NCBI RefSeq assembly: GCF_004010195.1
Contig: NC_057751.1
Coordinates: 10,675,831-10,739,830 of the forward strand
Direction: 5' to 3'
DNA length: 64,000 bases
DNA from: Chiloscyllium plagiosum
Taxonomy: Eukaryota
In this document: positions 25,761-39,071 of the stretch, one piece after another
Layout of the letters: every line of letters starts with the position of its first letter
How positions within the stretch are numbered: position 1 is the first letter of the stretch
The notes under the pieces: model-generated
Seen by the model: the letters and a program-made list of their open reading frames with translations, nothing else
Told to the model about the DNA's origin: nothing
Database searches by the model: none
Position numbers and translations under genes: made by a program

Positions 25761-26689
25761 TCCCTAGTTACCCAGAAGGCAGTTAAGAGTCAACCACTTG
25801 GCTGTGAGTCACATGTTGGCGTGACAAGGTAAAATGGCAGTTTCCTTCCCTCAACAACATTTAAGAAGCAGATGGAATTTTTTCGACCGTCGTTTCTTAG
25901 TCATCAGTGGATTTTTAATTCCAGACTTCTTTTATTGAATTCAAACGTCACCGTACACCACGTGACTTGAGTTGGACTGATTTCAGGAATTTCTTCACAT
26001 GTGGTGGATGTTTTCATACAGTCATGAATTTGGAGAGGTCTGTACCCCAAGTGCCTTTGCAAGTTCAGTCTTGGAGTTTGCTATGAGACCGAAATTAATT
26101 GGAGGTTCTAGTGTCAACAAAGGATATGAGCATATGCAGGAAAATGGCATTGAGGTAGATGATCAGCAGTGATCGAGAATGGTATAGCAGGTTTAAGAGA
26201 CTGAATGGCTTTCTCCTGGTTCTCTTTTGCCAAATGTATGTTGACACAAGGGGCTGTGCAAGCCTAAGCTTGGAAAATTTAGGCAAGTCAAATACTGGGT
26301 TCAGATTGTATCCCTCAACACGTGTGTCACACGATTCAGAACTGATTGATATAAAATATGTGTAAAAGAATGGCAGAAGGAGGTGTAGGCTGATGAAGAA
26401 TCAAAAAGGAAATTTGTTTTTGGAAGCAGTGTAAATGACTGATGAATAGAAACTACAAACAGGAGTAGGCCACTTGGTATTCTCCACCATTCACGATGAT
26501 CATGGCTGATCCTCAATCTCAATGCAATTTTCCTCTTTGTCCACATAGCTCCTGATGTCTTTATAATCTAAAAAAGTATGAATATATTCAGTGACATGAC
26601 CTCCATGGTCATCTGTGGTAGAGAATTCCGCAAGTACATTCCTCTTTGAATGAAGAAAGGTTTCTTCATTTAGATTTAGATAACTACAC

Positions 26690-26812
26690 GATAAGAAGTG
26701 TTTGGAGGGATATGGGCCAAGTGCACGCAGGTGGGACTAGTTTAGTTTGGGATTGTGGTTGACCTGGACTGGTTGGACTGAAGGGTCTGTATCCATGCTG
26801 TATGACTCTGTG
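26690..26812 (+). mobile_element. CR1 3' end fragment
   Basis: tttggagggatatgggcc...ggttggactgaagggtctgtatccatgctgtatgactct matches the end of the 12-13.6 kb CR1. Confidence 0.85.
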
Positions 26813-27344
26813 AGCTGCTCACTTTTATTCGTGGAGCAATGCAAGTGGAAGCTTGCAGAAGATTTTGATCACCACCTTAGTCAGCATCTATTTACAGAGT
26901 CCAAAAATTGAATGTTAGAAAATTAGTCCCCAAAAACGAGGCACTGTTCCAAATCAAATCTTTAATGTTTTGAAATCGTGAGCTGTGTTCAAATTCTTCT
27001 GTCTCCGAAACTCTCAAAATCCAGGTCAGTGAGAGCTGAATTGCTTTTCGGGAGAGCAATTTTCTGATTAATTGGCAAAACTTTAGTGAATTTCTGGCTC
27101 CAGATCAGAAGGAATCACCATTACATGTCAACCTCACAATGCACAAGACTCAGCAAATAGTGCCAGCCCAGGTCGTACCCTTGCCAATAGTGATTGACTA
27201 TATATATGTAGCTTAACGATTCAGTTGTGTGGTAACTCCTTTTTCAAATTTGGTCACCTGATCAAGAAGAGGTAAGAAATGGAAAATCATGAGCAGTATT
27301 TGGGTTTGGAGGATAAGTTGCCTGTCATGCTCACTGTTGTGTTG

Positions 27345-27620
27345 TCGGAAATGTGGCAGCCAATTTATGCACATCAAGATCCCACATAACAATGTGATAA
27401 TAGTGAGAACATTTTATCAAATATTATTCAAAGGATAATAATTTTCCTCTTTGAATAACCCACTGGGATGTTTACTTCCATGTGAGACTTCAAGTCGAAC
27501 ATTGTTTGAGCATCTCATCTGAACAACGATAACTGCACCAGTGCAGCACACCCTCAGTACTGCATTGGTGTATTAGCTTAACTTTTAATCATGAGATTTA
27601 AAACACTGAAGCCTAGCAAT
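27345..27620 (-). mobile_element. Ancient Deu-domain SINE (AmnSINE1/SacSINE1-like)
   Basis: gcagccaatttatgcac...catctcatctgaa...cagtgcagcacaccctcagtactgcattgg resembles the reverse complement of the Deu-SINE consensus as I recall it. Confidence 0.6.
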
Positions 27621-27964
27621 CAACATTTGGATGAGACTTGAAATTCAGTACTTTGTGTTGTTAGCTGGTGATTTTTATTTAAGTAGGCAGGGTATTCTTG
27701 TGGCAAGCTTGTTTTTGTTTTTGAAAAAAAATGTGCTGATTTAAAATGCACGACTGAATTGTGGTTCTGTTGTTCATGGGAAGTACTAGAGATTAACTTT
27801 TTGCCGTTGTTTATCTTTCGCAATGAAGGTTCCTTTTGGCAATTGTTTTAATACCAGTCAAATAGGCAACTACTGTTCGAGGTGCATGTAAGGCTGTCCC
27901 TGTTGAGCTGCATTGGAAAACCTTTTCAATGAAAGGCATGCGTGATATATTCGATGTATTTGTA

Positions 27965-29440
27965 GAATCATGTTCTAACGTTACAAAACAGGAGGAGGCC
28001 CAGATGGCCCTGTTGTGTCTCTGTCAGCCCCTGCAGGAGAAATTCATCTCGTACCACTCACCTGCCTTTTTGCCTTCTGATGACAAATTTTTATGCTTCA
28101 TTGAATTATTAAGAGCTATTTTGAAAGCCTCAATTTAGTTTGCGTCAGCTACCCTCTCAGACAGTGCATTTCAAATCCTGACAGTGTGCTGTGTGAAAAT
28201 GTTTCTCCTCATGCCAGCACACCCTCATTTGTTCATGAGTTGAAATCAGTCCTGCTTCGTTCTCAATCCTTGCACCAATAGGAACAGATTTTGCCAATGA
28301 ACACTCTCCAAATCTTCATTATTTTGAACACCACCCTTAAATCTCTTCTCAACCTTTGCCGAGGAGAACAGCTCCAGCTTCTCCAATTCATCTTTGTCAC
28401 TGAAATGTTTCCTCCCTAGAACCATTCTTGTGATTCTTTTTTTTAAACCCTCCATAATGCCTTTACATTATTTTTAAATAGTGGTGCCGAAAGCTGGAAA
28501 CAGTATTCTAGTTGAAGTTGATTCAGGGCTTTATACAGTATCTTCATCATACGGTTATTTCAGTGCTTTACAATGCTATAGTGCACTGTCCAATAATATT
28601 TATTCATTGCTTTCTCATTCTCATTCTACCACCTTCAGGAACATGTACGTACACCTCATTCAGCTCCAGCACTCCTTACAAATTGTGTGTTGCCTCTCCT
28701 CAATGTTCCTACAATTCTCTGCATTGACTTTTGTCTGCCATTTGTACACCATGTTTGTGCCTGTTTATGTCCTTATGACATAACATGATCCTTCTCCCTT
28801 TTCTTCGTCAGGTTAGGCTTCAAACCACCGATAAACTCTGAAATTGTGCCCTTCTAGTTGAAGAATGTATCTCGAGAGAAACAGCGGTCCTCAAAACAGC
28901 TCATGTGGAGTCCTGCAAAATCTCATCCTCTTGTCCAAAACACCCTTGATACTCTATCTCCTCTTTTTCTTGTCACTGATGGACTTATTACTTAAGCTAC
29001 CACAGCTTCTTTTAGTCCTTGGGTTTCAACTCTGCTGAGCAGACTGTTAGTTGGTACTTGATTCACTGTCTTGGCAGTCAGAGTACAACGCGTCAATCAT
29101 ATGATCTTCATAAACCCTATGATCTCGTCAAAAACTTGAGCAAGTTCATTAAACATGATTTGTCCTTCATGGAAACCAGAATGGAGTTGTTAATTCTTTA
29201 ACTTGTGTTATCTTTGTCCTGATTATCATTTCTGAAGACTTTACCACTGTCCATGTTAAACTAACTGGTGTTCACTTGCTGGGCTTATTCTTTGTTCCTG
29301 ACATCCTTCTTTGAACCGAGGTGTAATGTTTGCAATTCGTTGCCACCGACCCAGTTTTAAAGAAGGATTCAAAGATTCCGGCCACTACGTCAGCAGCTTC
29401 CAGCCTGAATTCCGCACTGTATCCTTGAATACATCTCTTC
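27965..29440 (-). mobile_element. Old degraded CR1 LINE
   Basis: Tail caggaggaggccc..ggcc, and a minus-strand remnant peptide KRITRMVLG...LEKLELFS. Confidence 0.6.
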
Positions 29441-30040
29441 CAGTCTGGTGTAATCAGCAACCTGAAGCACAGCTGGTCTATCCAATAGGATCCTCCATGG
29501 ATGCCATTGGCAAGAGCAGGACTTTGTATCAGTCTCCAATTGTCATTGCAAGGGCACCTTCTTGAATGACTACATTGTTTTGTATTTTATTGTTTTGGAA
29601 GGAAGTTGAGTGGTCATTAGGCCATTTCAGAGTCATCCATTCAGCAGGTTACCTGGAGTCATGTATTGACCAGAGCTGGAAGAATGAAGCAGATGGACTT
29701 TTCTGGCAGTCCTGTAGTTTCATGGTCACCATTGCTGGTACTTGTTTTTTGAATATCAAAGAATTCATTGAATTTTAGGTCTCCACCTGCACTGATTTCA
29801 AAAGCGTACTCCTCTGTATATTCCAGTCAGTGCCCAGATTTCTTAAGGACATTGAACTGAACGACCTAAAAGGCGGAGAAAGTGAATGGACTTAAAAGAT
29901 TAAATAGGAACTGTATGCTGATTTTAATCTTGATTATTTTGAAAAGCTGCAAGCAGATCTTCAAGTGCAAATGGTTCTTCAGGTTCTGTCAAATAGTTCG
30001 TCAGATTCTGAGTGACCTCCACTCATACACTTTCATTCTA

Positions 30041-30136
30041 ATTTCTGATGAAGGGCTTATGCCCGAAACGTCAACTCTTCAGCTCCTCAGATGCTGCCTG
30101 ACTGGCTGTGCCTTTCCAGCACCACACTCTTCAACT
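30041..30136 (+). mobile_element. Solo PLE terminus beginning at a hammerhead motif
   Basis: CTGATGA(30045-51)-A-GGGCTTATGCCC-GAAACGTC(30065-72), then the same terminal sequence as 24660-24721. Stem I is weak. Confidence 0.82.
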
Positions 30137-30625
30137 ATGTATTTTTTCCTGCTTTACTTGGCATAGCTGGACTGAAATGGTGTGATATGCCACAGTTTTA
30201 GTTTCTCAATTTACATTCTGTTTCTGCAGCTCTGCAGAAAGTAACACCCAGTTCCTTCAATTGACCAGTGCTAAACACAGGCCAAAAGGAAAACCCTTGC
30301 TTTCCTACAATGATTGGCAGCCATTTCAACACATTCTGTGTTTTGTGATTCAATAAGGTTTCTTCTGACTTTGTTTCTGAGTTTTGATGAGTTTATTTTG
30401 AGCCAGAGAATAACTTCCCAGCACACACTCAGAGCATTACTCAGATGTTTCCTTGTGTAGCATCACCTAATGCTGTGCCTCAGCTGAAACACTCTTCCTG
30501 CCTTTTGTAACACACAGACTTCACTGTTCCAACAGATTCCAATGGCCTCACAAGTTCCATCCTCTGCAAAGTTGAGGTCATTCAAAAATCTGTGGCCCAA
30601 ATTGTAACTTGCACAAATTTCCATT

Positions 30626-30744
30626 TGGAGAAAGTGAGGACTACAGGGATGCTGGAGGTCAGAGTTGAAGCTTGAAATGTTGATTCTCCTGCCCTTTGGA
30701 TGCTGCCTGATAGGCTGTACTTTGCCAGCACCACACACTTCAAA
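30626..30744. mobile_element. Mini PLE insertion (inverted tail + plus-strand terminus)
   Basis: ggagaaagtgaggact.. on the left and a plus-strand terminus on the right. TSD AAAT(T/G)TCCATT at 30615-25 and 30745-55. Confidence 0.7.
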
Positions 30745-30948
30745 AAATGTCCATTCTCCCACCATTCCTATTCTCGCTGGTCTGCATTGACATCTGGTTA
30801 AGCAAGTTTTGATCTGAACGTGCATCGTTGTTTTTGGGATTCATCCATGGCTTCATCTCTTCCTTACCTCTGACCTGCAACCTTTCAGACTCCTAAAATT
30901 ACCACACTGAGCAATTTCTGACCTCTTGAGCATGACCTTTTGTATATT

Positions 30949-31126
30949 AGGAGAAAGTGAGGACTGCAGATGTTGGAGATCAGAGCTGAAAAATGTGTTG
31001 CTGGAAAAGCGCAGCAGGTCAGGCAGCATCAAAGGAGCAGGCGAAGGACTCATGCCCGAAACGTCGATTCTCCTGCTCCTTGGATGCTGCCTGACCTGCT
31101 GCGCCTTTCCAGCAACACATTTTCAG
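30949..31126. mobile_element. Mini hairpin PLE insertion
   Basis: Inverted arms at ~30983-31041 and ~31072-31128, with a partial hammerhead in the loop. TSD CTTTTGT(A/T)TATT at 30937-48 and 31127-38. Confidence 0.85.
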
Positions 31127-34100
31127 CTTTTGTTTATTGGACCATATTGGTCGTCAAGCCTTTCGCTGCCGAGGTCCTCACCTCCGAGTTCTTGCCCCAA
31201 ATTTCTTTGCCTTTTGCTTTTCTTTCCTAATTTAGGGTATTTGTAAAAGCTGCTTTCTGTCAACAAGCATTTTGGTCATTTTGTCTCTGATCTCCTCATG
31301 TGGCTTGAAGTTCCATTGTATGGAACTTTGCCAGTTTTGCTTTTTATGTAAATCATCTTTGTAAGTCTGTCCTTAAAAACCTGAATAAAAACACTGTTTA
31401 AACTTTGGCTTCACTGAAGGATGTTGTTATTTGCAAGAGTCGATGTTTGGGATCTGACCAGCTCCCTGAGCTATTTCCTTAAGAAAGCACGACTTTCTGC
31501 AACTTGGAGCTTCTGTAGATTTAATGTTTGAAATAAATTATGTTTTGCCGTAGTGCATTGGGAGCCATTTTCACAAATGGCTTAACTTAACCCCTAAAGC
31601 TTACCATTGACATACCTGGTTTGCTGTATCTTTGGCAGTTACGTAATCCTGATGCTTTGTTGCATTGCTTGCAGTCAATAAATGAATCCTTTGATTGATT
31701 TCACCCAAAATTCTCGTCCTTTGGGTGTCATTATTTCTGGTTGACGCATTGAAACATTAAAGTTGAAGTCAAATCCTGTTGCTCTAATCCTGCTTCTCGA
31801 TTGTTGGATAATCCTAAGTGACTTTCACATCCTGTGCACATTTATTGCAACACAGCTTCTGCTGCACATGGGGTGAAGTATGTTCAGCAGAAGTTTGTGG
31901 AACTTTGTGAAAGAGAGAAAGCTTTGTTTTGAAGAAAACCCCTTCTTTCATTGACCTCTCCCAATTCCACCATTCCCTACCAATGCCACTTAAGTGTTTG
32001 TGCCCGCAGATTAAGAACCCAAGTGTTGAGAACCACGATAAGCTTGATAAGCTGCTTGCAGTTTTAAAGTGAATGTGAAATGCAATAAATAATTGGTGTC
32101 TGTAAAGTGGTTATGGAGCATTCAGATTTTTTGTGAAAGCACAGCTTTGAGGAAAGGTGATCTGTTGTCATTATCCAGTCTAATATCTTGGTGAGGCTAG
32201 TCCTGCATGAATGTGGGCTGCTGTTTAACTGAACTGGTCCAGCAAGTATCTGTTAATTAAACTGTAGCAGCAGTTGAAGAGTGTGGTCGCCATCACATCA
32301 GCAACAAATTCTAGCCTTGCAAACTGAATCCAACTTCTGAGTCTTTATAAATATACCTTGATGGAAATATCACATCTTACTTTATTGCATACTTTGTATT
32401 AATCCAGGAGAGTAGGGTTAAAACCGTTTAAAATTGAGAATCTAGTTTTTTTTAAAGAAAATCTGAAAAGGAAATGTTGATGTGTGTAAAAGTGGCCATG
32501 AACCTATTGAGTGACCATCATGATCTGTGTGTCAGTTATGGGTTTATCATGAAAGGTGAAGTAAGCCAATGTTGCAGACTCAGTGTAATGAACAAGTTCC
32601 TGTTGAAGCTAAAATCCTAGGTTAGTGTCACAGAACTGAATGTAAACCTTCTGGGGTGGGGTTTGGTTGTTCACCTCTTCAAAGAGGTTGGACAGAGAGG
32701 ATAAGTTTTTGGAACGTAAGTTAACAGTCTGGGTAGATCAAAAGATGTTTCCCTGTCTTTGGTTGTCATTTATTATCTACATAATGCCCTGAGTGGGGGT
32801 GGGGGGCTTGTTAGCTTGACACTTACTGTATATCAGTTGTGAGGATCTCCCTCCTGAATAGCAATTTGTTGTCTCGACACACACAGCATTTGTAAAAGAC
32901 AGCTCACCATCATCTTCTTGAGGACGATTATGCGCAGGTACTAGATGTAGCCTTGCCATTAGCATGCACATCCCATGATTGCCCAAAAGAAGTATTTCTG
33001 TTGTCAGATGAGTTTGCCTTGAAAACGGAGAATGGTCGCAACACCTGGGTAATAGATGGCTGTTGACACAACAGAGCTGTACCCCAACACAGATCAACAG
33101 TTTGATCGAACAAAATGATCTGGAAAGAGTGAGAATAGTATTTTTTTAAAAAAAAGACCTTCCCTGTTTCCTTTTGAGAACCAATAGATCAACTCCGTGC
33201 CCCTTCACAGTGCCTCAGCTGAGGGAGGGTGAAGTTTCCCAGTGTTCCATTGTGCTGTAGGCAACATTAGGAGTTGTGAGAAACAGGTAGAGATACCAGA
33301 AATACTTGGTTCTATTATGGAAAGGTTGGAAGTTGTGATGGGTTTCTGACAGTTACTGAAGAACAAGTAATGAGAAATGTTGACAGAAGAAAATAGTGAT
33401 CGCAGTAAGGTTTGTGCACAGGAAGTGCATATACCCTACATTAGATTTCTAATTACTTACAGCTAGTTGAGAGTTAACCGAAGTGGTTTACAGGAAGGAA
33501 ATTGCCAGTGCCTCATATACTGTTTACACAACTCAACCAAATTTTGGTGCCGAGTGAAGGGTCTAGGGTCAGACTGGATTCAGCAGGGTTTGTTCAGTCA
33601 GCACCATCAGAACTGATAAAAGTTGAAGATTAGTTCAAGTATTCATTTCGTATTTCAGGTAGACATGAAACAGACATTTGGCACAGCATACAAATAGACT
33701 CAAGACTGTGTTTCCGCTTTTTAGTCAACATCAGTTTGTTTGCAATTGTTAAAAAAGTTGTGGAATTCACTTAGACTTGAATTTTGAACACTTGGAGAAG
33801 AGAGTGGCAACACTGTATCTGCTTTTGCAGTGTCGGATATACTTTATCAGCAACAGACTTTTGGAAGTCCAGACGTATGTGAAGAGTGCTCCCCTCATCT
33901 ACTTAGTCCATTATTTCATACAAAAAATTTGTGAAATTGAATGAATAAAGTGTTTTGAAAATCTTCAATCTTGTTTGATTGATCCACCTTTATTGATATG
34001 TGAAGTGTTAGATCAATAACCAGCAAACCTAAATTTCAGTGCACATTATGTGATGTGCTACAGGAGGCGAGTGGAACTATTCATCTCGGGAATCTTGGAA

Positions 34101-37100
34101 AATGAATCCAGTCTCTCTGAGATGGCATGGAGGGAAACAATAGGACACTCTCAACTCACTTAACATGCAAAGGATGTTCAGAAATGCCTTTGGTGAAGTA
34201 ATTATTTAAGTAATTTACTGAAATATGTGATACAAATGTCCCTGTCAGCTCTTGACAGTAAACTTCCTGCAACAAGTTAAATTGTTTGTCAAGAGGTGAG
34301 GATGGCTAGATGTGAATAGTTTCCACCTGCCATTCTGGTATTGAAATGATGTAATGGTCATGAAGCTTTGAGGTAACTGTGACAGTCAGTCTTGGTTTAA
34401 CTGCATCCAATCAACTTAAAACGACATGCGACGCTTCAGTCAGGGAGCAGTTTAGAAGCTGTAGATTACAAATCATCTTTGTCCTTCCATTGAAATGTGT
34501 AAAATTGTGTTTACTTTGTTGTTTTCAGTCCTGCCAACACATGGTGATATTGTGCCACAAACTGGCCATATGGTGACAGTAAGATTCATGAGCATGTAAC
34601 CTATTATATGGCTCTGATAGCAATAAGTGAGATGCCATCACTTGAGAATGATCACATGAAGAGCGAAGTCTTCAGATGCCACACAAGAGCTGTTTTTGGT
34701 CCTCCTTTATTTACATCTTGTACAAAGTTAGTTATTACAGCACAGAGTTGAAAAGCCATACTTAGTGATAAGGAGCAAGCAGCCTCAGGGACAGTGTAAG
34801 TGCAGACACTGACAGCCTAGAGATACTCCAGATTGGTAGCTGAATATGCAGATCACAGTATTGGCTGAAACCACAAGGTTGAGCACATGTTTTGGACTAC
34901 TGTGCAAGTTTCCTTTGAGCAGTCAGCATATTATTTTAGTTTCTAACTTTAAAACCACAAGTGTATATGAGATTGCACTTGCCTTGGCCTCTCACTTTGA
35001 CTTGGAAGGACACTGAAAAATGACCCACTGTCAGCTGAACCTCACTCCCAGGCGCCCCTCTATCATTTGAACTGCAGTGTTTGCTAAACAGCAGTTGTTA
35101 AAAAAAAATGCTGCAGTGGGAAACCTTGTAGGGGAGAGTGGCAGCATAGGATCTGCTTTGCTGCACAGTGCGACAGTTACTAATCGCTCTATTGACAGGA
35201 GTCTCATTAACCTGTTTTCTTTTGCCAAATAGAATGTGATCCGTAATGATTCAAGGATGCAGACAAGTTTAATGCTTTGCAAGGAGAGGTTGATTTTTTA
35301 TTTGGTTCTCTTTTTGGTTAAAATATGTAATTTTGTTTGTGTCTTGTGTCTTTTGTTTGTGTTAAGATGAGCTGTGCATTTTGCTTCTTCACTAATGCCT
35401 TGTCTCGAAGATGGGGTTTCCGCTTCATGAAATCGTCAAGGCTGCATTATGTTGTGCACAAAACATATAGAATAAGCTTCCAGCACTCTGTCCCAGACTC
35501 TGCTGTTTTTGAATATGAAGTTGGACACTTAATGCTTTGCATTAATATGGCACAAAATGCACATTCGTTAGCCAGGTTTTGAGCTACAGAAGACAAGAAT
35601 GCCACACACATATCTGTGCTGTGGCATTTTATCCAATGTAAAATATTAAATAGTGCCTCAATCTGAAATAGTGCCTCAATAAGCTCAAATGGCTTATATA
35701 TGTCAAGTAACACAGATATGCAGCAAAGTGTTAAATCTTAATTATGTGGGAACTGTTTCAGACTGCCTGGTGATATAAGTGCGTAACTTGCTCAATTTCT
35801 CCCAGCTATCAATTGGACAACAGTGCTTCCAATTCTGCCTTTTTTATTGGTCATTTGAGCAGTATCATTTCCTTCGTTAATTGAACCGGGTAGAATTATC
35901 ACATCTTTTCTTCACTGTGGGGTATTCATCGATTCCTGGAGGATTTTGTTTGCTGCCAGTGTGTGCACTGAAGTGTCTACTCGCAATGTTTTACATTTCC
36001 CCTTCCTGTTTATTTGGTACATATACTGCAGCCTGCATTGGACTAGTCTGTCTATTCAGAGAGTATTGGGTTATGACGAAGAACATTAGGTGTGAGATGT
36101 TTAACAAATGTGAGATGAAGCTGTGGTTTTTGGGGAAAAGCAGCTAATTTTATGCCTTTTTCATTGAGTCTATTCATTTCTGTTTTTTTTCAAGAATGGA
36201 TCGATCGGTACATGCACATGAGTGTGCACGCACCCATCTGCCTGACTCTGATCTGCAGTCTGTAGTTGTGTATTCATTCCATCACATGCAGGATGAACTG
36301 AGTTCACAACCACTGCATTGCAGATATTAGTGAGCATGTGTCTGGAGTTAGACCTAAACACCTGCCAGAACTCTGTCGCTGAGTTATGCTTTCATTGGCA
36401 TTACAGACCCACCACAGGCAGCGATGGAGCTGCCTTCTGACTCGGTTCATCATCACATAAAATCTGATTCTATGCAGCGTGTTAAATGACCACGGGATAA
36501 AGGCAGAGGCAACCAGAGTTTCATGCATTTTTTGATAAAACACCTCTTTGTTTTTGTGTTTGCTACTTTTGCTGAGTAGCTCATTTTAAGTACTTTATTT
36601 TGCATTTTAAAAGCTTGGCTAACCCGAAGTGAAGAGTTACATTCAGGGAACTTATTCATAACTCTGCCACATCCCAGTGCTTTGCAGAAATCGCTGCCTT
36701 AAGGACCACTTGGGGGACATTTTATCTCCTTCCCAGGGTTCACTCAGACCGAACCATTCTCTGCTGTTTGTGCACTTTGACCTCCAAGACTAGATTTAAC
36801 AAGTCCCTCAGGAGTTCAGTGTTTATCTTTATAGATGTTTAATTATGACCGCTTAACGTAATGCCATTAGATCAATGTACTCTAACTGCCTGCTTAATCT
36901 CCCTTCAATGAGGCTGCACAAAAACATCTGTTTGCTAGTAATGAGGACATGGATGTTAGCTATGGGTTTCCACTCCCTGTATGTTTATAAACTCGAGATT
37001 GTTTTTATCAGGTCATCATCTCTCTACAGTCACTAGACTGATTCTTTTTCTTCACCATGGGAAGTTAAAAAGACAAAGTCTTGACTGCCCCAGACCTGAC

Positions 37101-39071
37101 CTTGCATGGCATTTTTTTGGTATGAAGGTCAGGTAATTTAATATCTTCTTATCGATGCATTATACCGATTGCCATTGCATAATCAGCAGCATTAAGGCAC
37201 AAGGATATACCAGCTTGAGTTGGATCTTATTAATGCTCAGGTTCTTCTGTTTTATGCATTTCCTGTTGCAGGAGGGCATGAGGTCCTTCTGGAGGAAGGG
37301 AAATCTGGCTTCTACCTTTATAGCTTGGGAGTGGTTGGTCTGGAGGAAAGTTTGCGATGGTTGGGGTTGTGGTGATGTTGCACGTTACCTTCTGTCACAT
37401 GATTGCTGATAGTGGGCATTATGAAACTCTGAGCAGCAAACCCAAGTTGCATTGTGGACTATTTGACCTTCGAAAATGTGGGATGAATGTTTCATGATAT
37501 TGGATATGAATTTTGTTCAAAGAAATCACAGATGGTGAGGTTTAAGATCATTGGTCAAATGGTGCTGGCAAAGCTTGTCTACTTGAAACCTGTCTTGTCA
37601 TAGCTTCTGAATGTGTCATGATCTGTGGGGCAAGGAAGTCGCTTTGTTTTCTCTCTGGGAGTGATATTGATGAACAGCTTCATGTGTTCTGCATTATGTG
37701 AGGATAGCAGAAGTGCACCTAGATAGCTTCCCATATCGTACTGTTTTTATTCTTGGGGTTACATTGCACATTTGGAACTGACAGAGGATTTAGTTTTTGA
37801 TGTAAGATTCATCGTAGTTTAACATAACAAGACCCACTTCTGTGAAATGTTGCAAAGAACTTTGATGCCCAAAAAGAGTTGAATCCTTGCACTTGCCACT
37901 TGTCTTCAAACAGGTAACCCCTTCTAACTATGTTGTGTGAGCTTTTTTGCATGGACCCCGATATGTTAATATTAAACATAGAGGAGGGAGTAAAAGATAA
38001 GAAGCTCGGGCTATCTGCTACTCCCTGGCGGGTATCTCTGAGATCATAAGCTTACAGGTTTGATTACTGCTCCTCCCTATACCCACAGGAAAAAACAGAT
38101 TCCAGCCGGTTGGTCTAGCCTCCTGTTCAGTCCGAGGTTGACTGCCTTAAATGGGTTAGCAAGCCACTCTGTCATCTACCTGTGATAAAGAAGGCTTCTC
38201 CATGGAACTGGACATGGAACTACATGATGTATTTCTGAGGAAGAAATTAAGGAAAAGATACATTTCCAGGTCAACAGTTGTTCATGTAAAGTTGTGTTTT
38301 CTCGCTCGCTGCTCAACTATGTTTGTGTCCAGCTGCTTTGAGTCCCTGTTGGAGGGAATCATTGACCCGTGTGTTTCAAAAAGATTAGCAACTGGAATCT
38401 GACAATAATTCATACTACTTGAAGAAAGAATAACCCCTCATGTTCTGATTCTTTGCTGCTTCACACCAAATAGAAGCTTTCTCATACTATTGAGGTCTCA
38501 TGAACTTGGAGAAGTTTATGCTTATGACAGTTGAGGAGGACCGTGAGTTGTGTCTTGGAGTATCTCAGTATTATTGGTCATGGAATCATTTAACTATGTA
38601 CACTGCTTCTGTTTTCTTTTAAACAAGTACTTTTGAATATTAGTGTGTAATGTACAAAATTGTATTCTGCTGTTTAGCTTTAGCCTGAAGTCAGGCAGAA
38701 GTTAATTCCTTTTGAAGTAATAGCTCTAACTGGTAGTAAATTTTATGCGTTGCTTCAAAAGAAGTTGGTGTGAAATGCTTTCTGATCTGTCAGTGCTGCG
38801 ACATTTTAGTATGATGGGTTATGAATCCCGTCCTTTGTTTCCCATTCCTCTCGCCTCCCTTCTGTTGTTACTTGTGGAAAAAGTAGGGATTGGCCCAGCG
38901 ATTTAATGATCAGAAAGCAAATCGAGGCCATGAAAATGAAAAGTCACCAGAACCTTGGTGTGGAGGACCGAAAAGTGCCTCATTTACAGGTGCACATTTT
39001 ACAGTTCATTACACAGGTTGGTACGAGGAACTTAGATCTATCTTCTCAAAGATTTTTTTAACTCAGCAAAG

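Larger units (their letters stand above)
24940..26230 (+). mobile_element. Old CR1 3' region interrupted by younger insertions at ~25400-25960
   Basis: Motifs ctggagtattgtgtacaatttt and gaggtgacctcattgaaa; similarity resumes at ~25985 and ends with a gactgaatggc..ctcctg tail. Confidence 0.6.

Noticed and set aside
35648..35680. Short tandem duplication AAATAGTGCCTCAAT x2 (a similar one at ~57113-57135)
   Set aside because: Ordinary slippage-type duplication.
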